From Leucoraja erinacea (lineage: Eukaryota): 64,000 nucleotides of DNA. The position numbers were made by a program, and so were the translations under genes. The stretch covers positions 20,398,001-20,462,000 of the forward strand of contig NC_073409.1 of assembly GCF_028641065.1 (NCBI RefSeq), given 5' to 3'. Numbering within the stretch: the stretch's first letter is position 1; each line of letters starts with the position of its first letter. The notes under the pieces are model-generated. The model searched no databases. It saw only the letters and a program-made list of their open reading frames with translations, and had not been told where the DNA came from. Below, piece by piece: positions 49,925-60,243 of this stretch.

Positions 49925-51538
49925 TCACTCCGTCTTTTGCTTTTTCCCACAAACAATACGACAAAGTTTCTTCAGTGTTCCAACCACCAACACAGTGAGC
50001 AGGAGTAACACAGACAACAGAAAGATCATCACATCTACACAATAGTAAGCGTACCAGGGGAGTCGGTGGGATTCTGAGCGCAAATGCCCGGCTCCTTTGT
50101 GTCGGGCAACGTACTCAACCCAGAAAACGGCTCTCTCCATTGGCGACTCTGGCTGGTCCCGATGGAGAGCAGAGAGTCTCTTCATGTTGTCCCCGTAAGA
50201 TGTGCCGTTTATCACCTCGTTGAGTGCCTGCAACAGATCTGTAGAGTGCATCGTTGCAACATTGATCACTTTTGCTGCTCCTCGGGATTCAAGTCTGACT
50301 ACATTGTCAAACTGGTCAAAAAGCAGAGGCATGCCGATCACTGGCACCCCATGGTAGATGGCTTCATAAATCCCATTGGTGCCTCCGTGTGAAACAAAGG
50401 CTCGTGTGTTGGGGTGACCCAGCAGGTCGTTCTGAGGGATCCATTTTGCCATGAGTGTATTATTCCCTATATTGGGAGGGGTCTCACCTTCATATCTCCA
50501 GATAACCTTCTGGGGGATTTGAGATAATGCTTCTGCTATTTTCATTGTAATCTCCATTGGTAAAGAGTGGACAAAGGTCCCCAATGACATTACAACAAGT
50601 CCATGTTTACCTGAGCTTTGGGCAAACTCCTCAAACTCTGCTGCCAGAGGCCGTGCTGGTTTACACTGGAAGCCTCCGATGTACACAATGTTTGGCATGG
50701 TGGGTCTTGGGAATTCAAACACAAAATCCACCCTCATCAGCCACACATCAGCTCTGAGGAGAATCGACTTGATGTCCGTGTCTGGTCCCAGATACCGATG
50801 GCAGATTTCATTATAAACTGGATGTGTTAAAAACTCTGAAATCAAGCGGTGAAAGAGACTGTGAATGATATTTTCTGTTCTTTGGAGAAAATCCATTTTG
50901 CCTGTGAGAAGTGAGCCAGGAAATGGGATGTAGGAAAGTGGTGACGGGGCAGTGAGAAAATGGGCTTCCCCTGTCATCTGCCATCGAACGTTGAACACCA
51001 GCGGCACTTTTAAATAATACGCAAGCATTGGCCCGGTACCAAATATAGGATCTGTGAGTATTAGGTCAAAGTTTGCATTTTCAAATTGATTCAACAAAGT
51101 TTTGTTTTCAAAAATCGCAATGTTGAAATTTTGATGTAGTCTATGGAATTTGTACATAAACGTAGCCATTATATTTTGTAATATTATGTTGCCCCATAGG
51201 GTGTGACCATTCTGTAACCTGTCCAGTGACATTAGCACAATTCTTTCCATCACTTCTTTCCTTGAAGGTGCTTCAATGTTTTCTTGTGCTTGAACTATGA
51301 TGGTTTGATACAGATCGGGTCTCCCTTTGATGTACCAGTTTGCGGAGTAACAAAGCATAGTGATGTTGTGGCCACGAAGGATCAGCTCTTCCATTAGAAT
51401 TTTCATATTAATCCAGTGACTTCCATCAACAGGCACAACCAATATTCTAGCTGCTTGGGTAATTGGACAAGACAGGGCGAAGATGATACCAAGAACAAAT
51501 GTGACCTTTGATCTGCTTCTCCATCCAAGACCACCCAT
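49925..51538 (-). CDS. ugt5: UDP-glucuronosyltransferase, UGT5-like, single coding exon (copy E, 537 aa)
   Basis: Intact ORF with all UGT motifs, TM helix and KKQKTE. Confidence 0.95.
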   Translation of the reverse strand: MGGLGWRSRSKVTFVLGIIFALSCPITQAARILVVPVDGSHWINMKILMEELILRGHNITMLCYSANWYIKGRPDLYQTIIVQAQENIEAPSRKEVMERIVLMSLDRLQNGHTLWGNIILQNIMATFMYKFHRLHQNFNIAIFENKTLLNQFENANFDLILTDPIFGTGPMLAYYLKVPLVFNVRWQMTGEAHFLTAPSPLSYIPFPGSLLTGKMDFLQRTENIIHSLFHRLISEFLTHPVYNEICHRYLGPDTDIKSILLRADVWLMRVDFVFEFPRPTMPNIVYIGGFQCKPARPLAAEFEEFAQSSGKHGLVVMSLGTFVHSLPMEITMKIAEALSQIPQKVIWRYEGETPPNIGNNTLMAKWIPQNDLLGHPNTRAFVSHGGTNGIYEAIYHGVPVIGMPLLFDQFDNVVRLESRGAAKVINVATMHSTDLLQALNEVINGTSYGDNMKRLSALHRDQPESPMERAVFWVEYVARHKGAGHLRSESHRLPWYAYYCVDVMIFLLSVLLLLTVLVVGTLKKLCRIVCGKKQKTE

Positions 51539-51564
51539 GTTGAGGAAAGATGATCACACTGATC

Positions 51565-51594
51565 CTGTGGTAGAATTGACCAGAAATGTTGGTA
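51565..51594 (-). promoter_or_regulatory. Branch point + 3' splice acceptor for UGT-E
   Basis: TACCAAC...CTACCACAG|GATC on the minus strand, 26 nt before the ATG. Confidence 0.65.
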
Positions 51595-51977
51595 AGTGAC
51601 AAACATTGGCAAAAGGAGAATAAAGACACAAAGTGCTGGAGCACCTCAGAGAGGTAACTCATCACTTCAGGGATAGATTACATCAGAAGTTCTCGTGGCA
51701 GAATTAGGCCATTCGGCCCATCAAGTCTACTCTGCCATTCTATCATTGCTAATCTATCTTTCCCTCTCAACACCATTCTCCTGCCGTCGCCCCATAACCT
51801 CTTGACTCCCGAATCATTAACTATTCCTGTTTGCCAGCGATGGTGCTTGACCCACTGAGTTAGTTCGCCACCGGTTTCTGCCCACATCCCGAAGAATTGC
51901 GGATTTGTAGTTTAATTGGTGTCTCTATATTGCCTCTAGTGTGTAGAGAGTGGATGGGAAATTGTGATAATACAGAA

Positions 51978-52538
51978 CTGAGACCAATTCTGGAGTACGG
52001 CGTACAATTTTGGTCGCCCAATTATAGGAAGGATGTCAACAAACTAGAGAGAGTACAGAGGAGATTTACTAGAACATTGCCTGGGTTTCAGCAACTAAGT
52101 TACAGAGAAAGGTTGAATAAGTTAGGTCTTTATCCTCTGGAGCGCAGAAGGTTAAGGGGGGACTTGATAGAGGTCTTTAAAATGATGGGAGGGATAGACA
52201 GAGTTGACGTGGACAAGCTTTTCCCATTGAGAGTAGGGAAGATTCAAACAAGAGGACATGACTTGAGAATTAAGGGACAGAAGTTTAGGGGTAACATGAG
52301 GTGGAACTTCTTTACTCAGATAGTGTGTGAAAGGAGCTTCCAGTGGAAGTGGTGGAGGCAGGTTCGACTTTATCATTTAAAAATAAATTGGATAGTTATA
52401 TGGATTGGAAAGGAATGGAGGGTTATGGTCTGAGTGCAGGTAGATGAGACTAGGGGAAAATAATTGTTCGGCACGGACTTGTAGGGCCGAGTTGGCCTGT
52501 TTCCGTGCTCTAATTGTTATATGGTTATGTGGTTATAT
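51978..52538 (+). mobile_element. CR1 LINE 3' fragment nested in a SINE
   Basis: RPILEYGVQFWSP..LERVQRRFTR..TRGH; (TTATATGG)-type tail. Confidence 0.88.
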
Positions 52539-52614
52539 AACTAGCGTGAACGAGTGATCGATGGTCTGGGTGGACTCAGTGGGCCAAATGGACTATTTCC
52601 GTGCTGTATCTCAA

Positions 52615-52768
52615 AGGTGTAGTCGAGATAATTGTGGGGGTTAGTGGGTTTGTTCTTGACATCAGTGGATCATTTGTCCCCTTGTGGTGAGGTTGATGAA
52701 ATGAAAGAGTTTAGCCTGGGTGGAGCAGGCAGCTCCGATGCTGTCCGATGCTGTAGTCAATGTGGAGA

Positions 52769-52811
<43 letters not shown>

Positions 52812-53130
52812 ATGGTGCCAGTGTACGCTTGGTTCAAGGCCAATTTGACATAACCAACAAAAGTAACAGGCATAGCTGGAGCCCATGCGAGTGCCAATGA
52901 GTTGTTGAGGGTGGGGAAAGATTTTGGAAGGTGGTGGAGAGTGTAGAGGAGAACCGATTTGGTTTCTGTTGAAGGAGAACCATAAGGGCCCTGAGCCCTT
53001 TCAAGTGGGGAACAGTGGAATATACTGAACGTCCATGCTGAGGCAACGGGACCTTGGAATTGAAAGTTGTTGAAGAGCTGGTGAGGTGGGTCGGATGTAA
53101 ATCAGAAGGGACTGGACAACGGGTGGGACA
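52615..53130 (-). mobile_element. Penelope-like RT relic (with a G38 run at 52773-52810)
   Basis: TRMGSSYAC-like motif and IGAACSTQAKL; paralogous to 21430-21740 and 2555-2790. Confidence 0.7.
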
Positions 53131-53334
53131 AGGTAATTTAGTTTAGTTTGGAGATACAGCACGGAAACAGGCCCACCGGCCCACAGAGTCCGCGCCGACC
53201 AGCTATCCCCACACACTAACACTATCCCACATACATTAGGAACAATTACAAGTTTACCAAGCGAATTAACCTTCAAATCTGTACGTCTTTGGAATGTGGA
53301 AGGAAACCGGAGCACCCAGAGCAAGCCACTGGCT

Positions 53335-53855
53335 TACCACTAGGTGGCGCCAACAATAGCTGCCTCGCCAACAGACTGTCTGTCCTTTCCTTTTGTTGTA
53401 TGTTTTGTATGTGTTAAATGAATGTTTTAGTGTTCTTTAAGTTGTTTCATGCGGGGGAGTGGGGGGGACTTTTTCTAATCTCACCACAACGGAAAAGCAT
53501 TTTTTTCCATATCGCATCTCTGCGGCCGAACATCGAGGAATTGGTGGCCTTTGCTGGAGTCCGACCATCGTGGAGCTTGTGGTCTCTGGTTAGAGACCGA
53601 TTTCGGGAGCTCCAAGCCGCAAGAGCTTGGACCGCCCTGACTGCGGATGGTTCGACTGCCCCGACCGTGGGAGAATAAAGAGTAAGGAGATTGGACTTCA
53701 TTGCCTTCCATAACAGTGAGGAATCTGCTGTGGTGGATGTTTATGTTACCTTTTATGTAGTTGTGTGTCTTGGTGCTTTTGTTTTTGTATGGCTGTATAG
53801 TAATTCGAATTTCACTGTACCTTCATTGGTATGCGTGATAATAAATTGAATTTGA
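53335..53855 (+). mobile_element. Non-autonomous element with Rex1-like 3' tail, nested in a SINE
   Basis: Interrupts the SINE that starts at 53135; ends TTTCACTGTACC..GTGATAATAAA-TTGAA. Confidence 0.5.
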
Positions 53856-53883
53856 AAACCCACGCAGGTCACGGGGGAGAATG

Positions 53884-55417
53884 TCAGTGGGCGGGGGGGG
53901 GGGGGGGGGGGGGGGGGGGAGCTTTCTGGAGCGCTAGTATGGTTGTTGTGGGTTGAAGGGACTGGTTTCCAGAGGTCTAGTATGGACATTGTCGGCCAAA
54001 TGGGGTGGCAGCTCAGTCGGCTCGGCTGGTGGGCTGGCAGTTGACTCACGGCTATTCCTTGAAATTCCATTTAAAGCAGGGTGCAAGGCCATTGAATTCA
54101 AGTGCAGTTTCCTGCCACTTCAAGCAGGGTGCAAGGCCACTACATTCAAATGCAGTTTCATACCATTTCAAGCAGGATGAAACCACCATAAAACCACACA
54201 AAACACCACATAAACACCACACTCACAGATCAGTAGACATTCAGTGCGTTCAGTTGATTTACAGATCAGACAGAGTCGTGATCTCTCCTTCCCCCATCTT
54301 GCAGAGACTGAGCCACACCCACACTTCCGGGTTTTATAATCCCTCCCCTCCCACCGGAAGGGGCGTGGACATCATGGCGTGATTGACAGGAGAGAGATTC
54401 TCAACATTTTTTGAACACTAATAACACTTTTATGTTTCATTGAAGGAAGAATCATCTGCACCTGATGAGCGGAGGGGGACTGAGTTTTATATAAAATCAA
54501 TATACAGTGCAAACAGTAAGTTAGCAAGTTTAGACATTTAATCATTTCCCATTTCAAACCAACCACTACCAACCATTTGCTGTGCTTTATTTCAAACCAA
54601 CCATCACCAACCATTTGCTGTGCTTTATTTCAAGCCAACCACATTATCATTTTCAAACTACATTAAGGGCACTCAAGGTCAGTAAAACCACACTCAGTTT
54701 AGTAGACATGTGTTCAGTGTTATTCACAGCTCAGACTGAGACGTGACCCTCTCACTCCCCCATCCTACAGAGACTGACTGAGGCACTCAACACTTACATA
54801 GAAACATAGAAATTAGGTGCAGGAGTAGGCCATTCGGCCCTTCGAGCCTGCACCGCCATTCAATATGATCATGGCTGATCATCCAACTCAGTATCCCGTA
54901 CCTGCCTTCTCTCCATACCCCCTGATCCCCTTAGCCACAAGGGCCACATCTAACTCCCTCTTAAATATAGCCAATGAATTGGCCTCAACTACCCTATGTG
55001 GCAGAGAGTTCCAGAGATTCACCACTCTCTGTGTGAAAAAAGTTCTTCTCATCTCGGTTTTAAAGGATTTCCCCCTTATCCTTAAGCTGTGACCCCTTGT
55101 CCTGGACTTCCCTAACATCGGGAACAATCTTCCTCCATCTAGCCTGTCCAACCCCTTAAGAATTTTGTAAGTGTAACTTCCGGGTTTTATAGTCCCTCTG
55201 GTAGGGGCATGGCCTTCAGGAGAGAAACACAACTTTTTTTAAACACTAATAACACTTTTAATTTTAAGCGATGGGAAAAAAAGCTCTTGTCCTGCACAGC
55301 GAGGGGGACTCTGAGTAAGATGGCCAAAAATTACAGCCCTAAGTGGCAATGTTCTTTTCTAAAATCAATATACAGAACAACAGGAAGTGGTCAAGATCAG
55401 ACTTTTACTAATATAGA
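53884..55417 (-). mobile_element. Unclassified repeat (possibly Helitron-like) with internal 48-bp minisatellite
   Basis: Minus-strand start TCTATATTAGTAAAAG; duplicated internal module; same family as 58056-59158. Confidence 0.45.
54796..55170 (-). mobile_element. Young CR1 3' fragment (same subfamily as 31388-32339)
   Basis: Near-identical to 31395-31770; (ACATAGAA)n tail. Confidence 0.9.
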
Positions 55418-55427
55418 TTAATTAGAG

Positions 55428-56720
55428 ATATGTCAAAATGTAACGATGGAAGAGTAGGTTTGAAAACGAGACATTAAAGGGGACGGATATCAAGGAACAG
55501 GTTGTATGGGATTCAGGAACTATAACAATGAAGTCTGTGCTTGAGACGGGAGTCATGGCCAATGCGTAGGTGTGAGAGCTGGGCTGGCGCCTGGCCTCAG
55601 CACGGAAGGATGAAATGGTTAAGTGATTAATGCTAGTTTACAACAGCATCAGCTTTGTCAGCGGACATCGGGATTGTTAAAACAGCTCTTATTCTTCATC
55701 AGAGATCAGGGGAACATTGCAACAAACGGAAGTGTGTATGCGAACCCACAACAAAACATGGGATAGATACAAAATCTGGAGTATCTCAGCGGGCCAGGCA
55801 AGATGTCTGGAGAGAAGGAACAGGTCGAGACACTTCTTCAGACAAAACATGGGCTTCAGTTTAAAGCAAGTAAAAGCAAAAACAGTCAAATGGGCCGGGA
55901 ATGGAATATTGAATTTGGAATATTGACTATTGAGTGAAATCTGGGGAGTAGAAATGTGTGTGTATGGAGGATACAAAATATATGTGTTTAGATAATATCG
56001 AGTATGGAAACCATTGGTGATGAACCGAGATACGAGGGAAAAAATGATAAATAGAAATCATGCATTGATACAATATAGAGATGGGGAATTTAGAAGTGTT
56101 TTCAACTTATATACTCATCAATTAATTCAATGTAATTTGAATGTAAGGAAGATGTGACTGCGGTGGGACTTGGACTCTCAGACACTGCGGCCGCTTCCCG
56201 TCCCCACAAGAAAACAAAACACCGGCCCCCTAACACCTTGCTCCCTTGCCCGCGAGTAACACAGGAAAATACTTACGGACAAATACAACACCAAAGCACC
56301 CGCCCCCAAACTGTATTTTAAAATAGCCGCAAGTATGAAAGTTCATTTGGTAAATACAATCACGATGGAAGTTTCCTCACCAATGTCGCTAAAATTTCGT
56401 CGAAATGATGAACGATTTTCAGTCGATGGGAACAAAGTCTAAGAGTTTTGGTTGTGTAATGTTTGCTTTGATGCGTTTATTTTACATTCCGAGTGCATAA
56501 CATGTTTGGTTGGTCTTTTTTTTTGGCAAGGATAAATTCAGTTGACTTGTTGCCTCGGAGTGAACACAAAATTCAACCTCCTGACTCTGTTACCCTAGAC
56601 TTCCAGGAATACAAACTGATCAAGTGATTTTTACTTTTCCGTAATAAAAATATTAATGAACCAGGTGGATTTTATAACAATCCAGAGATTGCATGGGCTT
56701 TACATTCAAACGTTGCTTGG
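55428..56720 (-). repeat. Conserved inter-UGT block, copy 5 (donor degraded, internal deletions)
   Basis: Matches 3010-4400; GC box kept at ~56300 but CCCAAG|GTATGT lost at ~56110. Confidence 0.8.
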
Positions 56721-58056
56721 CAGTAGAGAGTAGTGGTGGATGCGTTTTTGTTTTGACCAGGGCACTGTGACCAGTGTTGTTCCACAGGGACAGTGCTGGG
56801 ACCTTTGCTGTTTGTGAATATATAAAACATTTGAATATATAAATTATTTGAGTTTATAAATGATTTGGTGGGTTGATTAGTAAGTTTGCAGACATGACAA
56901 ACATTGGGCAGTTTACAAACCCAGCAGTATGAGTATTTTAGTTTAGTTTAGAGGTACCGTGCGGAAACAGGTCCTTCGGTCCATTGAAATCGCGCAACCA
57001 GCGATCCGTCCACATTAACACTATCCTACACACAAAGGACAACTGACAATTTTCACCCAAGCCAATTAGCTTCCACACCTGTGATCTTAGGAATGTATGA
57101 GAAAACAGGAGCACCTGGAGACATCCCATGCGGTCACAGGGAGAACGTACAAACTCCACACAGACAGCACCCCTAGTCAGTATCAAACCCAAGTCTGGCG
57201 CTGTAGGGTGCAACTACCACTGCGCCACCGTACGGCCCTCTATTAATATTAATTTATCTAATCTGAATGGATATTTTTTAAGGTGGAGAATGGCAGATTC
57301 TTGATTATTACGGGTGTCAGGGGATTTGGGGAGAAGGCAGGTGAATGGGGTTGTGAGGGGAAAATAGACCAGTCATGATTGAATGGCACAGTAGTTCAAT
57401 GGGCGGAAGGGATGAATTCTGCTCCGATAACTTCAGAGCTGTAAGGTATTCTCGACCGAGGTAAAGCTTCATTGTGACTAGCACAAAAGACAGGTCCACA
57501 CGGGGTTTGTGTTCCAGAGCAAGAGCACGTTTAATCTGCAATCATTGCCTTTTATCTTGAAGGTCACTTGACCTCAGTCACGAGGCTCATGCACGAGTTT
57601 CTGTTACATTGATTGCAAAGACATCACATACATCACAAGAACTGATTAGTACCCTTTTCTATTGTTAAATTAGTTTTCTGCCTGATTTATAGTTTAGCTC
57701 CCTGGTCAGTCAATGCATGCTGCATTCTGACAAACACCTTTCACAGTTTATTCAATGGTTACAAGTCTTGTCATCTAATCTGTCCTTCCCCTCTACTCAT
57801 TGCAAATAAGTGGTGCTGCAGGTAGGGTTGCTGTTGCATAGCACCGGAAACCAGGTGAGACCCTAAAATCTGGTACTGTCAATGTGGAGTTTGCACATTG
57901 GCCCTGTGACCATATGAGTTTTGATCGGTTGCTTCGGTTTCCTCACACACGCCAAAGATGTGTGGGTTTGCAGGTTAATTGGCCTCTAACTTGCCCCCAA
58001 ATATGTCGGGAGTGGATGAGAAAGTGGGATAACAGAACTAGTGTGATCGATGATCA

Positions 58057-58310
58057 GCAGGGTGCAAGGCCACCAAATTCAAATCCAGTTTCATACCATT
58101 TCATGCAGGGTGCAAGGCCACCAAATTCAAAATTCAAGTACAGTTTCATGACTCGTCAAGCAGGGTGCAAGCCCACCAAATGCAATGTTGTTTCATGCCA
58201 TTTCAAGCAGGGTGCAAGGCCACCACATTCAAATGCAGTTTCATATCATTTCATGCAGGTGCAAGGCCACCACATTCAAATGCAGTTTCTTACAATTTCA
58301 AGCAGGGTGA
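58057..58310. repeat. ~48-bp minisatellite (5-6 units)
   Basis: GCAGGGTGCAAGGCCACCA.ATTCAAAT.CAGTTTCAT.CCATTTCA. at 58057, 58105, 58160, 58207 and 58255. Confidence 0.85.
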
Positions 58311-58693
58311 AACCACCATAAAACCCACACAAAACACCATAAAAAACTCCACACACAGTTCAGTAGACTGTTCAGTTGATTCACAGGGTGGACAGAGTCG
58401 TGACCTCTCCCTCCCCCACTTTGCAGAGTCTGAGTCACAGCCACACTTCCGTGCTTTATAATCCCTCCCCTCCCCCACCGGAAGTGGCGTGGCCTTCATG
58501 GCGTGATCGACGGGAGAGAGATTCTCAACATTTTTAAATACTAATAACACTTTTATTTTTCATTGATGGAAAGAATCCTCTGCACCTGATGAGCGGAGGG
58601 GGCCTGAGTAAGATGGCCAAAAATCACATCCTTAAGTGGTAGCGTTTTATCTAAAATCAATATACAGTGCAAACAGGAAGTTGTCAAGTTTAG

Positions 58694-58815
58694 ACCAACA
58701 ACCATTTGCAGTGCAGCATTTCAAAGCAATCTCCACCAACAACCATTTCCAGTGCAGCATTTCAAAGCAACCTCCACCAACAACCATTTCCAGTGCAGCA
58801 TTTCAAAGCAACCAC
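58694..58815. repeat. ~38-bp minisatellite (3 units)
   Basis: CCAACAACCATTT.CAGTGCAGCATTTCAAAGCAA x3. Confidence 0.85.
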
Positions 58816-59164
58816 ATTTTCATTTTCAAACCACATTAAAGGCACACATTTGAGTAGACATGTGTTCAGTGTTATTCACTGCTCAGAGAGGCATGACGTG
58901 ACCCTCTCGATTCCTCCATCTTGCAGAGACTGACCGAGGTACAACACTTCCGGGTTTTATAGTCCCTCTCCCCTCCCACCAGCAGGCACAGCAGAGAGAA
59001 TCTCAGCATTTTTTACACATTAATAACTCTTTTACTTTTCATCGATGGGAAAAATCCTCTTGTCCTATGCAGGGAGGGGGACTCCGAGTAAGATGGCTAA
59101 AAACTCACATGAAACAGAAAACCAGGAAGTGGTTAAGATCAGAGTTTTAGTAATATAGGTGAAA

Positions 59165-60243
59165 TGGAGATATGCAAAAAACTAATGGTGGAAGGGTAAC
59201 GTGTGAAAAAGAGACATCAATGGGGCGGATATCGAGGAAACATGTTGTATGGGATTAGAGGACTGTAAAATTGGAGTCTGTGCATGAGTCCGTGGAGTCA
59301 TGGCCAATGCCTATGTGTGAGAGCTGGGCTGGCGCCTGGCTTCAGCACGGAAGGATGAAGTGGTTTAGCGATTAAGCTAGTTTACAACAGCATTACCCTT
59401 GTCAGTGGACATCGGGACCGTTAAAGCAGCTCTCATTCTTCATCAGAGATCAGGGGAACATTGCAACAAACGCAAGTGTGTATGCGAAGCCCACAACAAA
59501 ACATGGGATAGACACAAAAAGCTGGAGTATCGCAGCGGGCCAGGCAAGATCTCTGGAGAGAAGGAACAGGTCGAGACACTTCTTCAGCCAAAACATGGGC
59601 TTCAGTTTAAAGCACGTTAAAGCAAAAACAGTCAAATAGGCTGGGAATGGGATAATGGATTTGGAATATTGACTATTGTGTGAAATCTGGGGAGTAGAAA
59701 TGTGTGTGTATGGAGGATACAAAATATATGTGTTTAGATAATATCCAGTATGAAAACCATTGGTGATGAACCGAGATACGAGGAAAAACATGAGAACAAA
59801 TGTTGCATGAAACAAAATAAGTTCTCGGCAAGTTTGTTCAAGATAAAAATAAATTTCAATATTGCTATTCGTTGCCGAAATGATAAATAGAAAGCATGCA
59901 TTGATACAACACCGAGATGGTGGAGAATTTGGAAGTGTTTTCAACTTACATACCTTGGGTATCAGTGAATTCGATGTAACCTGAATGTCAGAAAGATGTG
60001 ACTGCGATGGGACTTGAACCTGCAGCTGCAGTGCCTTCACCCGCTGCTGAATTGCCAGTGAAACAATCTCCTTCACTGGAGCCTGGGACACTGGACCGCT
60101 TCCAGTCCCCACAAGGAAACAAAACGCCGGCCCCCTCACACCTTGTTCACTTGCCAGCGAGTAAGGTAAATACTTGCGGACAAATACAACACCAAAGTAC
60201 CCGCCCCCAAACAGTATCTAAAAATAACCGCAAGTATGAAAGT
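59165..60243 (-). repeat. Conserved inter-UGT block, copy 6 (GC box ~60205, donor with exon end 59954)
   Basis: Reverse complement of 29447-30530. Confidence 0.85.

Larger units (their letters stand above)
58056..59158 (-). mobile_element. Unclassified repeat (possibly Helitron-like), truncated
   Basis: Same family as 53884-55417; contains 48-bp and 38-bp tandem arrays. Confidence 0.45.

Noticed and set aside
52773-52810. Long poly-G runs (also 11438-11460 and 53893-53920) as functional G-quadruplex elements
   Set aside because: They lie inside TE relics, the paralogous site has only ~5 C, and homopolymer length is unreliable in assemblies.
58057-58310. Regularly spaced ~48-bp repeats resembling a CRISPR array (also 54075-54180 and 58694-58815)
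   Set aside because: Whole units repeat with no unique spacers, there are no cas genes, and the context is vertebrate; these are minisatellites inside a dispersed repeat.
59450-60139. 229-aa ORF (and shorter equivalents) in the conserved block as a novel gene
   Set aside because: GTG start, the frame is broken differently in each copy, it crosses a TE insertion and the candidate donor, and no domain is recognisable. Opposite-strand fragments (SKNNRKYESSF.., MKRFLHFLNK..) also could not be assigned; tBLASTx of the block consensus would be needed to exclude a coding relic.
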